A stretch of DNA of 64,000 nucleotides from Candidatus Doudnabacteria bacterium. GTDB taxonomy: Bacteria > Patescibacteriota > Doudnabacteria > UBA920. The DNA lies in the NCBI GenBank assembly GCA_963837465.1, contig CAWINB010000001.1:220981-284980 (forward strand), written 5' to 3'. Positions 15,455-24,073 of this stretch are shown here, one piece after another (the first letter of the stretch is position 1; each line of letters starts with the position of its first letter). The notes under the pieces were generated by a model. The model saw only the letters and a program-made list of their open reading frames with translations. It was not told the origin of the DNA and did no database searches. Position numbers and translations under genes: made by a program.

Positions 15455-16870
15455 TTACGTGCCTTTATCCGCGTATTTTTCGCGCAGGCGCCCAAAACCA
15501 ATGGAGTCGCGAAAGACTTTGCCGGCGGCGAGGACGGGGGCGCGGCAGACGGTGAAATCGCCGTATTTGTTGTTAATTTGGTCCAGGGCAAAACTGACGC
15601 GGCTTTTTTTGTCCTCGCGCTCAAATAAACCAAGCTGGTGGGCAAGGGGGATTAAGCCGCCTACGGTGACACCGATTAATTTAAATTCCCGGGGCGGAGC
15701 GCTTGCCATCACAACTTTAAAAATCTTTACGCACTGGGAAAAAATTTCCCGGCCGTCGTAAAGGTAAAAGCCCAGTTTTTCGTCCTTGCCAAAAGACTGG
15801 TAATTTTTGTCGCGGACGTAAAAGCTGACAACATTACCCATAAGCCCCTGCCGGCGCAGCCTGCGGCCCACCATCTCGCACAATTTGTACAGCACCGGCA
15901 TAAAAAATTCCGGCTTTCGGTATTCCATAGGCAGGGTATACATATGGCCGATGGATTTAATTTTATCATCCTGCTCAACCTGCGGCTTCCAAGTAGATTC
16001 CAGTTGCCCCATAGCGTGCAAGTGATGCCCTAAGATGCCAAACCTTGCCACCAACTTGGAACGCGGATAATCCCGCAAATCTTTTAAGCTGTTAATGCCC
16101 AGTTCCCCAAGCCGTTTTTCCTGCCGCCGCGCTATGCCGGGGATGTCTGTCAACTTAAGCTTATTGTAAAGTTCCTCTTTTTCCAGAATTAACGGCTTTT
16201 TATTTTGCTGGCTAATCTCTAACCCCTTAGCCCTAAACCCTATCACCACCATTCCATCCGGTTTTTGCATATCCGAAGCAATTTTAGCCAGCAGTTTATT
16301 TTCCGCAATTCCTATACTGCAACTCAACCAATCCCCGACTTCTTTTTTCATCCGCGCTTTAATTTCACCGGCAATATTTATAGCCTCTTGAAACGGATTA
16401 ATATTGCATTCCGATACCATCCCGAACGGAGTGAGGGATCCCTTAATCACAAAATCATCAGGTAATCCGGAGTTAAGGGATTCCTCTCTCGGCTGCACTC
16501 GCTCGAAATGGTACCTATAGGCACTACTGCTATTACAAACCTTTGTCATATCTATAAAAACTTCGTCTATGCTATATTTTTCCACAAAATTACTGTAATC
16601 GCCCACAACTTTTACCATTAAGCGGTTGTAATAGCGGTAACGTTCCGGGTTGGTATGGACTAAAATAATTTTTGGATAAAGTTTTTTAGCCTCCCACACC
16701 GGCGTGCCGGTTTTAATCCCCCACCTTTTGGCCTCAATACTCGCCGCGATAATAATCCCGCCCAAATGCTCGCACACCCCCAAAGGCCTGCCGCGGTATT
16801 GGGGATTATCCTGCTGCTCAACGGAGGCAAAGTAACTGTTCATATCCAGATGGAAGATGATAGGCTGCAT
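15455..16870 (-). CDS. dinB: Y-family DNA polymerase (DinB / Pol IV-like) with an in-frame insertion of about 40 aa.
   Basis: FHLDMNSYFASVEQ, SIDEVFIDMT and ...LAKIASDMQKPDG.... Between the DEVFID motif and the next helix there is an extra segment (KVCNSSSAYRYHFERVQPREESLNSGLPDDFVIKGSLTPFGM). This segment is encoded by a palindromic repeat element at 16417-16510. Confidence 0.8.
   Translation of the reverse strand: MQPIIFHLDMNSYFASVEQQDNPQYRGRPLGVCEHLGGIIIAASIEAKRWGIKTGTPVWEAKKLYPKIILVHTNPERYRYYNRLMVKVVGDYSNFVEKYSIDEVFIDMTKVCNSSSAYRYHFERVQPREESLNSGLPDDFVIKGSLTPFGMVSECNINPFQEAINIAGEIKARMKKEVGDWLSCSIGIAENKLLAKIASDMQKPDGMVVIGFRAKGLEISQQNKKPLILEKEELYNKLKLTDIPGIARRQEKRLGELGINSLKDLRDYPRSKLVARFGILGHHLHAMGQLESTWKPQVEQDDKIKSIGHMYTLPMEYRKPEFFMPVLYKLCEMVGRRLRRQGLMGNVVSFYVRDKNYQSFGKDEKLGFYLYDGREIFSQCVKIFKVVMASAPPREFKLIGVTVGGLIPLAHQLGLFEREDKKSRVSFALDQINNKYGDFTVCRAPVLAAGKVFRDSIGFGRLREKYADKGT
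16417..16510. repeat. Palindromic repeat element of the 'GGGATCCCTT'-core family, inserted in frame within dinB.
   Basis: ccatcccgaacggagtgagggatcccttaa...ttaagggattcctctctcggctgcactcgctcgaaatgg. The two arms are reverse complements. It is homologous to the copies at 18757-18879, 34103-34200 and 50118-50180. Confidence 0.55.
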
Positions 16871-16891
16871 ATATAACTGATAAGAATTAAT

Positions 16892-16925
16892 TTATAACTA
16901 ATAACTACTTTGTTATAAGTTATAA
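16892..16925. promoter_or_regulatory. 14-bp inverted repeat (TTATAACTAATAAC / GTTATAAGTTATAA) about 30 bp upstream of the dinB start. It is a candidate operator.
   Basis: 13 of 14 positions are palindromic. It lies between a TTGACA -35-like box (minus strand) and the dinB ATG. Confidence 0.3.
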
Positions 16926-17016
16926 ATTAAGGGTTATCTATAATGTATACAACCGTTCACCTTATGTCAATAAATTTTTAGGCGCTGGTTTTTTTGACCA
17001 GCGCCCCCGGCAATGC

Positions 17017-17313
17017 CTAACCAAGCTCTAATCGACGGACCAGATAGCGCTTTAAAGAAGTCGCGATGCTCTTTCTGTCTTTGGCCTCCTTAACGCGAGT
17101 GTGGCCAACGATAATTACAAGAGTTAGGCCGTCCTGAATAGGCTCAATGCGAACACCCCCTTTGTAGGTCGGCTTACGCCGACTTCCCCTTTGGATCCGC
17201 CACAGCGACAACAGCCGAATAACTTGGCGGCGGTTAACCTTGCCCGCTACGAGCAAACTCAAACGATAATCGTACATTACATTCCCCCTGTAAAATAAAA
17301 AGCCGTCTGCCAA
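17017..17313 (-). CDS. Hypothetical basic protein.
   Basis: 98-aa ORF with no recognisable motif. A GC hairpin with a T-run (ggcgctggtttttttgaccagcgcc, 16989-17013) lies downstream. Confidence 0.35.
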   Translation of the reverse strand: MADGFLFYRGNVMYDYRLSLLVAGKVNRRQVIRLLSLWRIQRGSRRKPTYKGGVRIEPIQDGLTLVIIVGHTRVKEAKDRKSIATSLKRYLVRRLELG

Positions 17314-17396
17314 ACGAATGGATCGTTTTTGCGGACGGAGTTTAGTTTACCATCATAAATCAGATTGTCAAATACTTCGCCAAAGCACCATTTCAC

Positions 17397-17834
17397 TTAA
17401 TTATGGGTGTGGTCCGCAACGTGGTGGTCGTTGTGATGGCCAGCCCCGTGGGCGTGGTGCTTGGCCTGGAGTTCTTTACGGATCTGGATGTGGCGTTTTT
17501 TGTGGAAGATGAGGGCGCTCAGGATTAAAAAAATGTAGGATATCCAGTACTCCGGTTTGGTAAATATGGACAGTCCGGTAAAATTGCCGGTTATTAGGAG
17601 ATCTAAAAAAGCTCCCCCCAAAACCCAGGCAAACAGGATAAAAAATACTTCCAGGTAATTGATAACGCCAAACCTCCTTATCACAGCCGCGCCGACTAAG
17701 GCGGTGATAACCCAAAAAACCCAGGACTGCAGCAGGGGCCCGGAAAAAATCTGGCTGTTAAAAAACCAGACTTTAACAAAAGCCAAAATTATCCACTGCA
17801 GAAAAGAATAAAGGGAAAGGGTTTTTAGGTTCAT
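17397..17834 (-). CDS. Membrane protein with a histidine-rich C-terminal tail.
   Basis: Several hydrophobic segments, then ...KHHAHGAGHHNDHHVADHTHN. Confidence 0.45.
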   Translation of the reverse strand: MNLKTLSLYSFLQWIILAFVKVWFFNSQIFSGPLLQSWVFWVITALVGAAVIRRFGVINYLEVFFILFAWVLGGAFLDLLITGNFTGLSIFTKPEYWISYIFLILSALIFHKKRHIQIRKELQAKHHAHGAGHHNDHHVADHTHN

Positions 17835-17886
17835 CTTTAGGACTTGCTCGTTTGATGCTATAAATAATTAAGAATCTACTTTAAAA

Positions 17887-18011
17887 ACGAGGGGACAAAT
17901 TATTGGAAACGGATGGACACGGAAGCAAACAAACAGATAACACGGATTACTGCATTCCATCTGTGTTAATCTGTTTCAAATCTGTGTTTATCCGTGTTAT
18001 GTTATAAAATA
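17887..18011. repeat. Left arm of a roughly 120-bp long inverted repeat flanking gene 18029-18574.
   Basis: It is about 85% identical to the reverse complement of 18628-18750. Internally it is built from short units AACACGGAT / ATCCGTGTT / ATCTGTGTT. Confidence 0.6.
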
Positions 18012-18028
18012 CTTCAATATGTTTCAAA

Positions 18029-18574
18029 TTAAAGGGAATTAAGTTTTTTTGGCGCGCGCCTGCGGACAATTTTGCGCTTAATGGCCGGCAAGGGGATTTT
18101 GGGCAAAGGTTTTTGGGGCAAATTTTCCAATTGGTTTAAATCTTCCGCCAGGCGGGTCCTTAAGGCGGCAATCGCGTTTTCATCTTGTTTAACTTCCGGA
18201 CGCGGGAAATAGCGGCTGCTTAAATGGCGCACAAAGCCCTTATGGGTTCCTTGTTCATAAATTTTGTCGTACCAGTAAAGGCCCAGCCAAATGCCGTACC
18301 AGGCGCCGAGCATCATAACCACAATTAAGATAAAATAATCAACCACCAAAAACTGCAAATAAGTGAAAGGCGGGACAATGTAGCCGCCGGCCGCTAAAAA
18401 TAAGTAAAAAAATACCACAATGCGGTCCAGCAGTAAAAACATCAGCACGCCCAGGACGGCGGTTAAAAAAATATAAAGGGATTTTTTGGCGGGGTATTGC
18501 ATATATTTTTGTTTCGATGGATTTTTATATGAGCTTATTTTATTTATTATAGCCCAAAAACCAATTTTTGCCAA
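18029..18574 (-). CDS. Hypothetical membrane protein, the cargo between the long inverted repeats.
   Basis: 181 aa with two or three TM segments and a basic C-terminus. Confidence 0.45.
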   Translation of the reverse strand: MAKIGFWAIINKISSYKNPSKQKYMQYPAKKSLYIFLTAVLGVLMFLLLDRIVVFFYLFLAAGGYIVPPFTYLQFLVVDYFILIVVMMLGAWYGIWLGLYWYDKIYEQGTHKGFVRHLSSRYFPRPEVKQDENAIAALRTRLAEDLNQLENLPQKPLPKIPLPAIKRKIVRRRAPKKLNSL

Positions 18575-18627
18575 ACTTTTGTTAAAAACTCGTTTTAAAA
18601 ATTATTTTTAGAACGGATGATAGCAGT

Positions 18628-18750
18628 TTATATAACATAACACCGATAAACACGGATATTAAACAGATTAACACAGATGACTTTGCATCCTATCCGTGTT
18701 TATCTGTTTGTCCACTTCCGTGTTCATCCGTTTCCAAAACTTGTCCCTCT
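18628..18750. repeat. Right arm of the long inverted repeat.
   Basis: Its reverse complement aligns to 17887-18011 (ggaaacggatg[g/a]acacggaag...atctgtgttaatctgttt...gtgttatgttat). Confidence 0.6.
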
Positions 18751-18756
18751 TACTTT

Positions 18757-18879
18757 GAGTTACGAAACGCCATTCCGAGCGCAGCGAGGAATCCCTTTCG
18801 ATAAGAATTATCCTTAGATAAGGGATCCCTCACTCGGCTGCACTCGTTCGGGATGGCGAAAAGCCAGTGTTTCGTAATT
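18757..18879. repeat. Intergenic copy of the 'GGGATCCCTT'-core palindromic element. This is the longest copy.
   Basis: gttacgaaacgccattccgagcgcagcgaggaatccctt...aagggatccctcactcggctgcactcgttcgggatggcgaaaagccagtgtttcgtaat. Both the outer and inner arms are reverse complements. Confidence 0.55.
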
Positions 18880-18918
18880 CAAAGCCACAAACTTGTCTTC
18901 TTGTGTTTAAAATAGGGT

Positions 18919-19926
18919 CTACCGCGAGCTCAAAATGCTTTTTTTGTAACTGTTGAGGTTATCCAAGGCCACGCCCGTGCCTTTGGCCACGCAGAGCAGC
19001 GGGTCTTCGGCCAAAAAGCAGGGCACGCCCAGGCTTTGGGAAATATAATGGTCAAGGTTACGGAGCAAGGCCGTGCCGCCTGTCATCACCATCCCCTTGT
19101 CTATAATATCCGAGGCCAGCTCCGGCGGCGTTTCCTGGAGCACGTGCTTAACCGCCTGGGCGATTTCCAAAAGCTCGTCGGAAATAGCCTGCACCACTTC
19201 GTTGGTGGAAATAGTCACGGGCTTGGGCAGTCCGGTTAAATTGTCGCGGCCTTTTATTTCCATGACCTCTTCTTCGTTTAAAATAATGGCGCTGCCGATA
19301 TTGATTTTAATTTCTTCGGCCGTACGGTCGCCGATGGCCAGGCCGTGTCTTTTTCGCACAAAGTTGATAATCGCCTGGTCCAGCCGGTTGCCGGCCACGC
19401 GCACCGAAGCGGAATTGACAATGCCGCCCAGGCTTAACACGGCCACGTCGGTGGTGCCGCCGCCGATATCTATAATTAAGTTGCCCCGCGCCTCGCTGAT
19501 GGGAATGCCCGCGCCAATGGCCGCGGCTACGGTTTCTTTAATCACGTAGGCGCCTTTGGCGCCGGCGGCCATGGCGGCATCCACCACGGCGCGGCGTTCG
19601 GTGGAGGTAATGCCGCCGGGCACGGAAATCATAACTTCCGGACGGAAAAACCGGATGTTGCCCAAAGCCTTATTTATAAAATAACGGAGCATGGCCTCGG
19701 TAACGCGGTAGTCGGCAATGACTCCGTCCTTCATGGGCCGCGACGCCACAATGCTTTCCGGCGTGCGGCCGAGCATTTCCTTGGCTTCCTGACCGACTGC
19801 CAAAACGCGGTTGTCATCCAAAGAAATAGCCACCACGGTCGGTTCGTTTATAATTATTCCCCGCTTTGGCACGTAAACCAGAGTATTGGCCGTGCCCAAG
19901 TCTATACCGATTTTAGTTTCGAACAT
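18919..19926 (-). CDS. mreB: Rod shape-determining protein MreB.
   Basis: MFETKIGIDLGTANTLVYV... and actin-fold motifs. Confidence 0.9.
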   Translation of the reverse strand: MFETKIGIDLGTANTLVYVPKRGIIINEPTVVAISLDDNRVLAVGQEAKEMLGRTPESIVASRPMKDGVIADYRVTEAMLRYFINKALGNIRFFRPEVMISVPGGITSTERRAVVDAAMAAGAKGAYVIKETVAAAIGAGIPISEARGNLIIDIGGGTTDVAVLSLGGIVNSASVRVAGNRLDQAIINFVRKRHGLAIGDRTAEEIKINIGSAIILNEEEVMEIKGRDNLTGLPKPVTISTNEVVQAISDELLEIAQAVKHVLQETPPELASDIIDKGMVMTGGTALLRNLDHYISQSLGVPCFLAEDPLLCVAKGTGVALDNLNSYKKSILSSR

Positions 19927-19933
19927 CTAAATT

Positions 19934-20008
19934 GGAATTATGAATTAGGAATTAGGAATTATGGGCCTTGATCATAATTCCTAATTCATAATTCCTAATT
20001 CATAATTC
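19934..20008. repeat. Heptad-array palindrome, GAATTAG/GAATTAT family.
   Basis: ggaattatgaattaggaattaggaattatgggccttgatcataattcctaattcataattcctaattcataattc. Confidence 0.6.
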
Positions 20009-20075
20009 AGAACCTATTATACCAAAATCCCCAATGTTGTCATAGCCCTTAAAATTAAGCTATAATTGATACAAT

Positions 20076-21371
20076 ATGTCCAATAAAATCCGTTATCTGC
20101 TTATTGCCGCGGGCTTTGTGGTTTTTGCGCTTTTGGCTCCGGCCATTATTTTATATGTGCGGGGAATTAGTTACGACTTTGGCACCGGCGGCTTTGTCAG
20201 CACCGGCATTTTGGCCACCCGCGCCCAGCCTTCAAACGCGGAAATTTTTTTAAACGGCAAACTGAAAAGGACAACCTCGGGAGACATAAGATTTCTGGTT
20301 CCGGGGGAATATCAAATTACTTTAAAAAAATCCGGTTACCAGGATTGGAGCAAGCGCCTGCCCGTCAATTCCGGGCAAGTGACATGGACCAACGGCAGCA
20401 ACAGCAGTGTTTATTTACTGCTGGCGCGACCGCGGGCGCAGGTTTTGGACGGCGGCGTTTTGGATTTTAACGGGCAAAACGGCGGCGTGGCTTATTTAAC
20501 CGCCAATGATTTTGTAATCTACCAGGGAGGCCAAAAACATAATTACGTCTTACCGCAAAGCGTGGATACCATCCTGGCCTCAGACAGCGGAAATAAAAAT
20601 TTTGTCCTGGCCAGTTCCGGCACAACGTCGGTGGCGACAATTTTAACTTTCAACTCCGGCCTGGGCACATTTAATAATCTGACCGGCTTGTTTACATCAA
20701 CGCCCCAGGTCCAATATGACTCCGGACAGCTGTACGCCTTAAGCGCGGGCACGCTCTACGCGGTTGACGCGGCCAATAAAACCAAAAGTCCGGTTTTTAA
20801 CAATGTCGGCGCGTTTTATTTTGAAGCCGGCAATTTGTATTTTATACAGCAGGCGCCGCAAAGCGCGCCCAAACTTTTTGTGACACAGTATCCTTTTGCC
20901 CAAACGGAGCAATTGGGTGACAGTCTGCCCGCTTTTGGCAACGGACAAATTTTTGCCACTTTTGAAAAGCAGATATTTTTGCTGCTGGACGACAACTTAT
21001 ACCTGGCCGGCCCAAGCGGCCCGCAGCTTCTGGCGGCGGGTGTCAGCCAGTCCCGGTTTAACGCCGAAACATCAATCCTTTCCGTTCTGCATTCCGGAGA
21101 GTTTGATTACTACGATCCTCTGTCAGCCAGCCTGAATTTTGTGACCCGCGACAGCCAGCAGCTTTATGGCCTGACCGTAAACACTTCCATAGGATACGCG
21201 TTTTTTGAAAAAAATAACCAAATCCAGGCCATTGAACTGGATATCAGAGACAGCCAAAACCAGTACGTTTTATACCAGGGCGCGGATATAAAAAAATTCA
21301 TCCTGGACGCCAAAGGCAAAACCATGACAGTTTTAGATTCGGGGCAGTTAAAAACTCTGCCTATAAGGTAA
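20076..21371 (+). CDS. Hypothetical membrane-anchored protein with a PEGA-like domain.
   Basis: N-terminal TM segment. ...AEIFLNGKLKRTTSGDIRFLVPGEYQITLKKSGYQDW resembles a PEGA fold. Confidence 0.45.
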   Translation: MSNKIRYLLIAAGFVVFALLAPAIILYVRGISYDFGTGGFVSTGILATRAQPSNAEIFLNGKLKRTTSGDIRFLVPGEYQITLKKSGYQDWSKRLPVNSGQVTWTNGSNSSVYLLLARPRAQVLDGGVLDFNGQNGGVAYLTANDFVIYQGGQKHNYVLPQSVDTILASDSGNKNFVLASSGTTSVATILTFNSGLGTFNNLTGLFTSTPQVQYDSGQLYALSAGTLYAVDAANKTKSPVFNNVGAFYFEAGNLYFIQQAPQSAPKLFVTQYPFAQTEQLGDSLPAFGNGQIFATFEKQIFLLLDDNLYLAGPSGPQLLAAGVSQSRFNAETSILSVLHSGEFDYYDPLSASLNFVTRDSQQLYGLTVNTSIGYAFFEKNNQIQAIELDIRDSQNQYVLYQGADIKKFILDAKGKTMTVLDSGQLKTLPIR

Positions 21372-21393
21372 TTTTTTTCCTCAAAGGCAGCCT

Positions 21394-21804
21394 TCAAGGG
21401 GAAAAGCGGGCTTCATCAATAGCCAGGTTGACCAGCTTGTCGGCTTCCTTGTTCCGCTCCCTGGGTACGTGGGAAAAAAGCACGGACTTAAAATTATTTT
21501 TGAGTTTCAGTACTTCCGAAGCCAGCTCACGCAGAGTCGGCTCTTTTATTTTATATTGCCCGTTCATCTGGCGGACAATCAATTCCGAATCCATTTTTAC
21601 CGTTAAGTCCAAAGCGCCGATTTTTACCGCCTCGCTTAAGGCCAAAATTAAGGCGCGATACTCGGCCACGTTATTGGTGGCTTGGCCGATGTATTGCTTA
21701 TGTTCGGCGATAACTTCATTCCGATCGTCCCGAAACACCACCCCAATTCCGGCCGGCCCCGGGTTGCCCCTGGCGCCGCCATCGGTATTTATGATTAAAT
21801 TCAT
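21394..21804 (-). CDS. rnhA: Ribonuclease HI.
   Basis: INTDGGARGNPGPAGIGVV...AEYRALILAL...RERNKEAD. Confidence 0.85.
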   Translation of the reverse strand: MNLIINTDGGARGNPGPAGIGVVFRDDRNEVIAEHKQYIGQATNNVAEYRALILALSEAVKIGALDLTVKMDSELIVRQMNGQYKIKEPTLRELASEVLKLKNNFKSVLFSHVPRERNKEADKLVNLAIDEARFSP

Positions 21805-21892
21805 ATAAACATTTTAACATAAAGCATGTTAGCATAAAACATCCAAGCAATGCCCGCGCGCTTAAATGCTTACATGTTTATACGCTCTGTGA

Positions 21893-23671
21893 TTAGATAA
21901 GCTTTAAATCTATTATCCTCAACTTCACTTCCTTTTTTCCATTCCATTCATCGCACATCAGTTCCGCAGCGATATCTACAGTATCCCCTATTTTAAGATT
22001 CTTGGCAAAATTAGACGCACTGAACATTATCCCCGCCACTTCTTTGTCGGCAATCCTGAACTTAATTTGGAGGTGAGAGCTTTGCTTACCAACCAGCTTT
22101 ACGGAAATGACTCTGAATTTGGGCATTAAAAATATCGGCTTTGGGTTGCCGATGCCGAAGGGTTCCAGTTGTAGTAACAAGTGACAAGTGACAAGTGACA
22201 AGTCTGTGGGTTCAAGTTCCGCTTCAAGGCGCAGTACAGGCGATGAGTCGTCATCCGCTGAATTTTTATCCGCGTATTCCAGGATTTTTTGGTAAAAAAT
22301 TCCCAGATGTTCATTTTTTACAGTCAGTCCGGCCGCCTGCTTGTGGCCGCCAAAACGCACCAGATGCCGCGAAGCATACTTTAATGATTCCACAACATCA
22401 AAATTCCCCGCAGTTCGCGCCGACCCTGTGGATTCCAACTCCCCTTTTTCCAAAACTATCACGGGCTTGTAAAATTCCTCGGCCAGCTTGCCGGCTACTA
22501 AGCCGACCACCCCTTTATGCCAATCGGCATTGGATAAGACCAAAATCTTTCTTTCCCCAAGCAGCAAGGCGGCTTCACGGGCTTCGCTGACAATCCTTTG
22601 GGTAATGTCCTGCCTGCGCCGGTTGACAGTTTCCAAATCAGCCGCTTTTGGCATTGCGCTTTCCAAATTATTTTCCAGCAATAAATCCAAAGCCTGGTCC
22701 GCGTGCTCCAGCCGCCCGGCCGCGTTTAAACGCGGGGCGATAATAAAACCTAAAGTGTAAGTGTCGGGCGGATTTTTCGCAAAATCCAAAGCCGAAGATT
22801 GGGCCAAAGCGCGCAAACCGGGCCACTTGGTCTTTCGCAAAACCTTAAGCCCATACTTTACCAGTATCCGATTTTCACCCATCAAAGAATGACAGTCCGC
22901 CACGGTGCCAATAGCTACCAAATCGAGCAGCCATTTTTCCCATCCTGGGATGTGTTGTGTGGGGGCGAGCTTCAGCCGCCCGTCATCAAAGGGCGGGCGC
23001 GCAAGCGCGGCCCCTGCACGGACCGCGTCAGACAAAATTCCGCACGCCAATTTAAACGCCACTCCCACACCCGTAATTTCATGGTAAGGATAAGTATCTT
23101 CGGAATTTTTGGGATTAATTAAAGCGTAAGCATCGGGAGTGGGACCGATAATTTCATGGTGGTCGGTAATAATAAAATCAATACCATTTACTTTGCAAAA
23201 TTCCGCCGCGTCCACCGAGTTGGTGCCGCAGTCTACTGTAATGATCAGACCGGCACCGCCATCTTTGATTTTTTCCAGCGCCTCTAAATTCACCCCATAA
23301 CCTTCCGTAAACCTGTCGGGAATATAACTTTCCATATTCTGGTGTCCAAGATATTTAAACGTCTGCCGCAAAACAGCATTAGCCGTCACCGCGTCGGCAT
23401 CGTAATCGCCATAAATACAAATTTTTTCTCCGCGATCAACAGCCAGCCAAATCCTGTCCACGGCCTTTTGCATATCCTTAAACAAAAAAGGGCTGTGCAA
23501 ATTTTCGTACCTGGGGTTTAAAAAATCCGCTGTCTGATGTTTATCCGTCAGCCCCCTATTGTATAAAAGTTGCCTCATCAGAGGCGGGTATTCCGATAAC
23601 TTTTCAGCAACATCCTGGGGAATTTGTGATTTTAATTTCCAAATTTTAGGCATAAACCATTGTATCAGCAT
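21893..23671 (-). CDS. recJ: Single-stranded-DNA-specific exonuclease RecJ.
   Basis: DHH motifs (ICIYGDYDADAVTANAVL, ...IITDHH...) and a DHHA1 region. Confidence 0.85.
   Translation of the reverse strand: MLIQWFMPKIWKLKSQIPQDVAEKLSEYPPLMRQLLYNRGLTDKHQTADFLNPRYENLHSPFLFKDMQKAVDRIWLAVDRGEKICIYGDYDADAVTANAVLRQTFKYLGHQNMESYIPDRFTEGYGVNLEALEKIKDGGAGLIITVDCGTNSVDAAEFCKVNGIDFIITDHHEIIGPTPDAYALINPKNSEDTYPYHEITGVGVAFKLACGILSDAVRAGAALARPPFDDGRLKLAPTQHIPGWEKWLLDLVAIGTVADCHSLMGENRILVKYGLKVLRKTKWPGLRALAQSSALDFAKNPPDTYTLGFIIAPRLNAAGRLEHADQALDLLLENNLESAMPKAADLETVNRRRQDITQRIVSEAREAALLLGERKILVLSNADWHKGVVGLVAGKLAEEFYKPVIVLEKGELESTGSARTAGNFDVVESLKYASRHLVRFGGHKQAAGLTVKNEHLGIFYQKILEYADKNSADDDSSPVLRLEAELEPTDLSLVTCHLLLQLEPFGIGNPKPIFLMPKFRVISVKLVGKQSSHLQIKFRIADKEVAGIMFSASNFAKNLKIGDTVDIAAELMCDEWNGKKEVKLRIIDLKLI
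22174..22201. repeat. Heptanucleotide tandem repeat (GTAACAA GTGACAA GTGACAA GTGACAA) inside the recJ coding sequence.
   Basis: gtaacaagtgacaagtgacaagtgacaa, read directly from the sequence. Confidence 0.8.
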
Positions 23672-23680
23672 TAACCCGCA

Positions 23681-23707
23681 TTGACAAAAAAAATAAAATC
23701 ATATAAT
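23681..23707 (+). promoter_or_regulatory. Consensus-hexamer promoter TTGACA-15-TATAAT, divergent from recJ.
   Basis: ttgaca at 23681-23686 and tataat at 23702-23707. Confidence 0.4.
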
Positions 23708-23714
23708 AAAGATA

Positions 23715-24016
23715 ATAGGTATCAATTACCGGCAGTAGGCTATCTTAACTTTTAGGAGCACGACTGACTAAAACAACTTCTCCACAAGAGAAGTTGTTTT
23801 GTTTAAGCCACATTTTATGATATGCTTACATTGTCGGAAGTTTGGGAAGTCGAAGTCAGCCGGGCTGACCGGTAATTGATACCTACCAGGTTCCGCTAAC
23901 AGCGGAATACGGTTCGACTCCGCCGGCTTCCGATACTTCCTTTCTCAAACCACCATTCTAAAATGATGCGCTAAGAGAGATGGGCAGGTTAGGAAGCTGC
24001 CCGGGGTCTTTTTTTT
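23715..24016 (+). ncRNA. Candidate structured non-coding RNA of about 300 nt with unknown identity (promoter to terminator, no ORF).
   Basis: An 11-bp long-range helix pairs UCAAUUACCGG (about 23712-23722) with CCGGUAAUUGA (about 23867-23877). There is a perfect 13-bp hairpin aaaacaacttctc-cacaa-gagaagttgtttt and a hairpin gtcagcc-g-ggctgac. A T-loop-like GGTTCGACTCC is present. The 3' end is an intrinsic terminator gggcag-gttaggaag-ctgccc followed by T8 (23982-24016). Confidence 0.35.
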
Positions 24017-24073
24017 ATCGAGGTTATATCCTCGGGTTTCGGTAGGTGTGGAGCCTACGCCCGCCTCTTTGTT

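Noticed and set aside
23715-24016. The tmRNA, RNase P RNA and 4.5S RNA hypotheses for the ncRNA candidate.
   Set aside because: There is no 5' GGGG acceptor strand pairing with a 3' CCA-terminated strand and no tag ORF ending in Ala-Ala. The RNase P conserved blocks (GGAAAGUCCGG...GGUAAGAGC...ACAGAA.CCGGCUUA) are absent. There is no GGAA-capped domain IV. The identity is left open.
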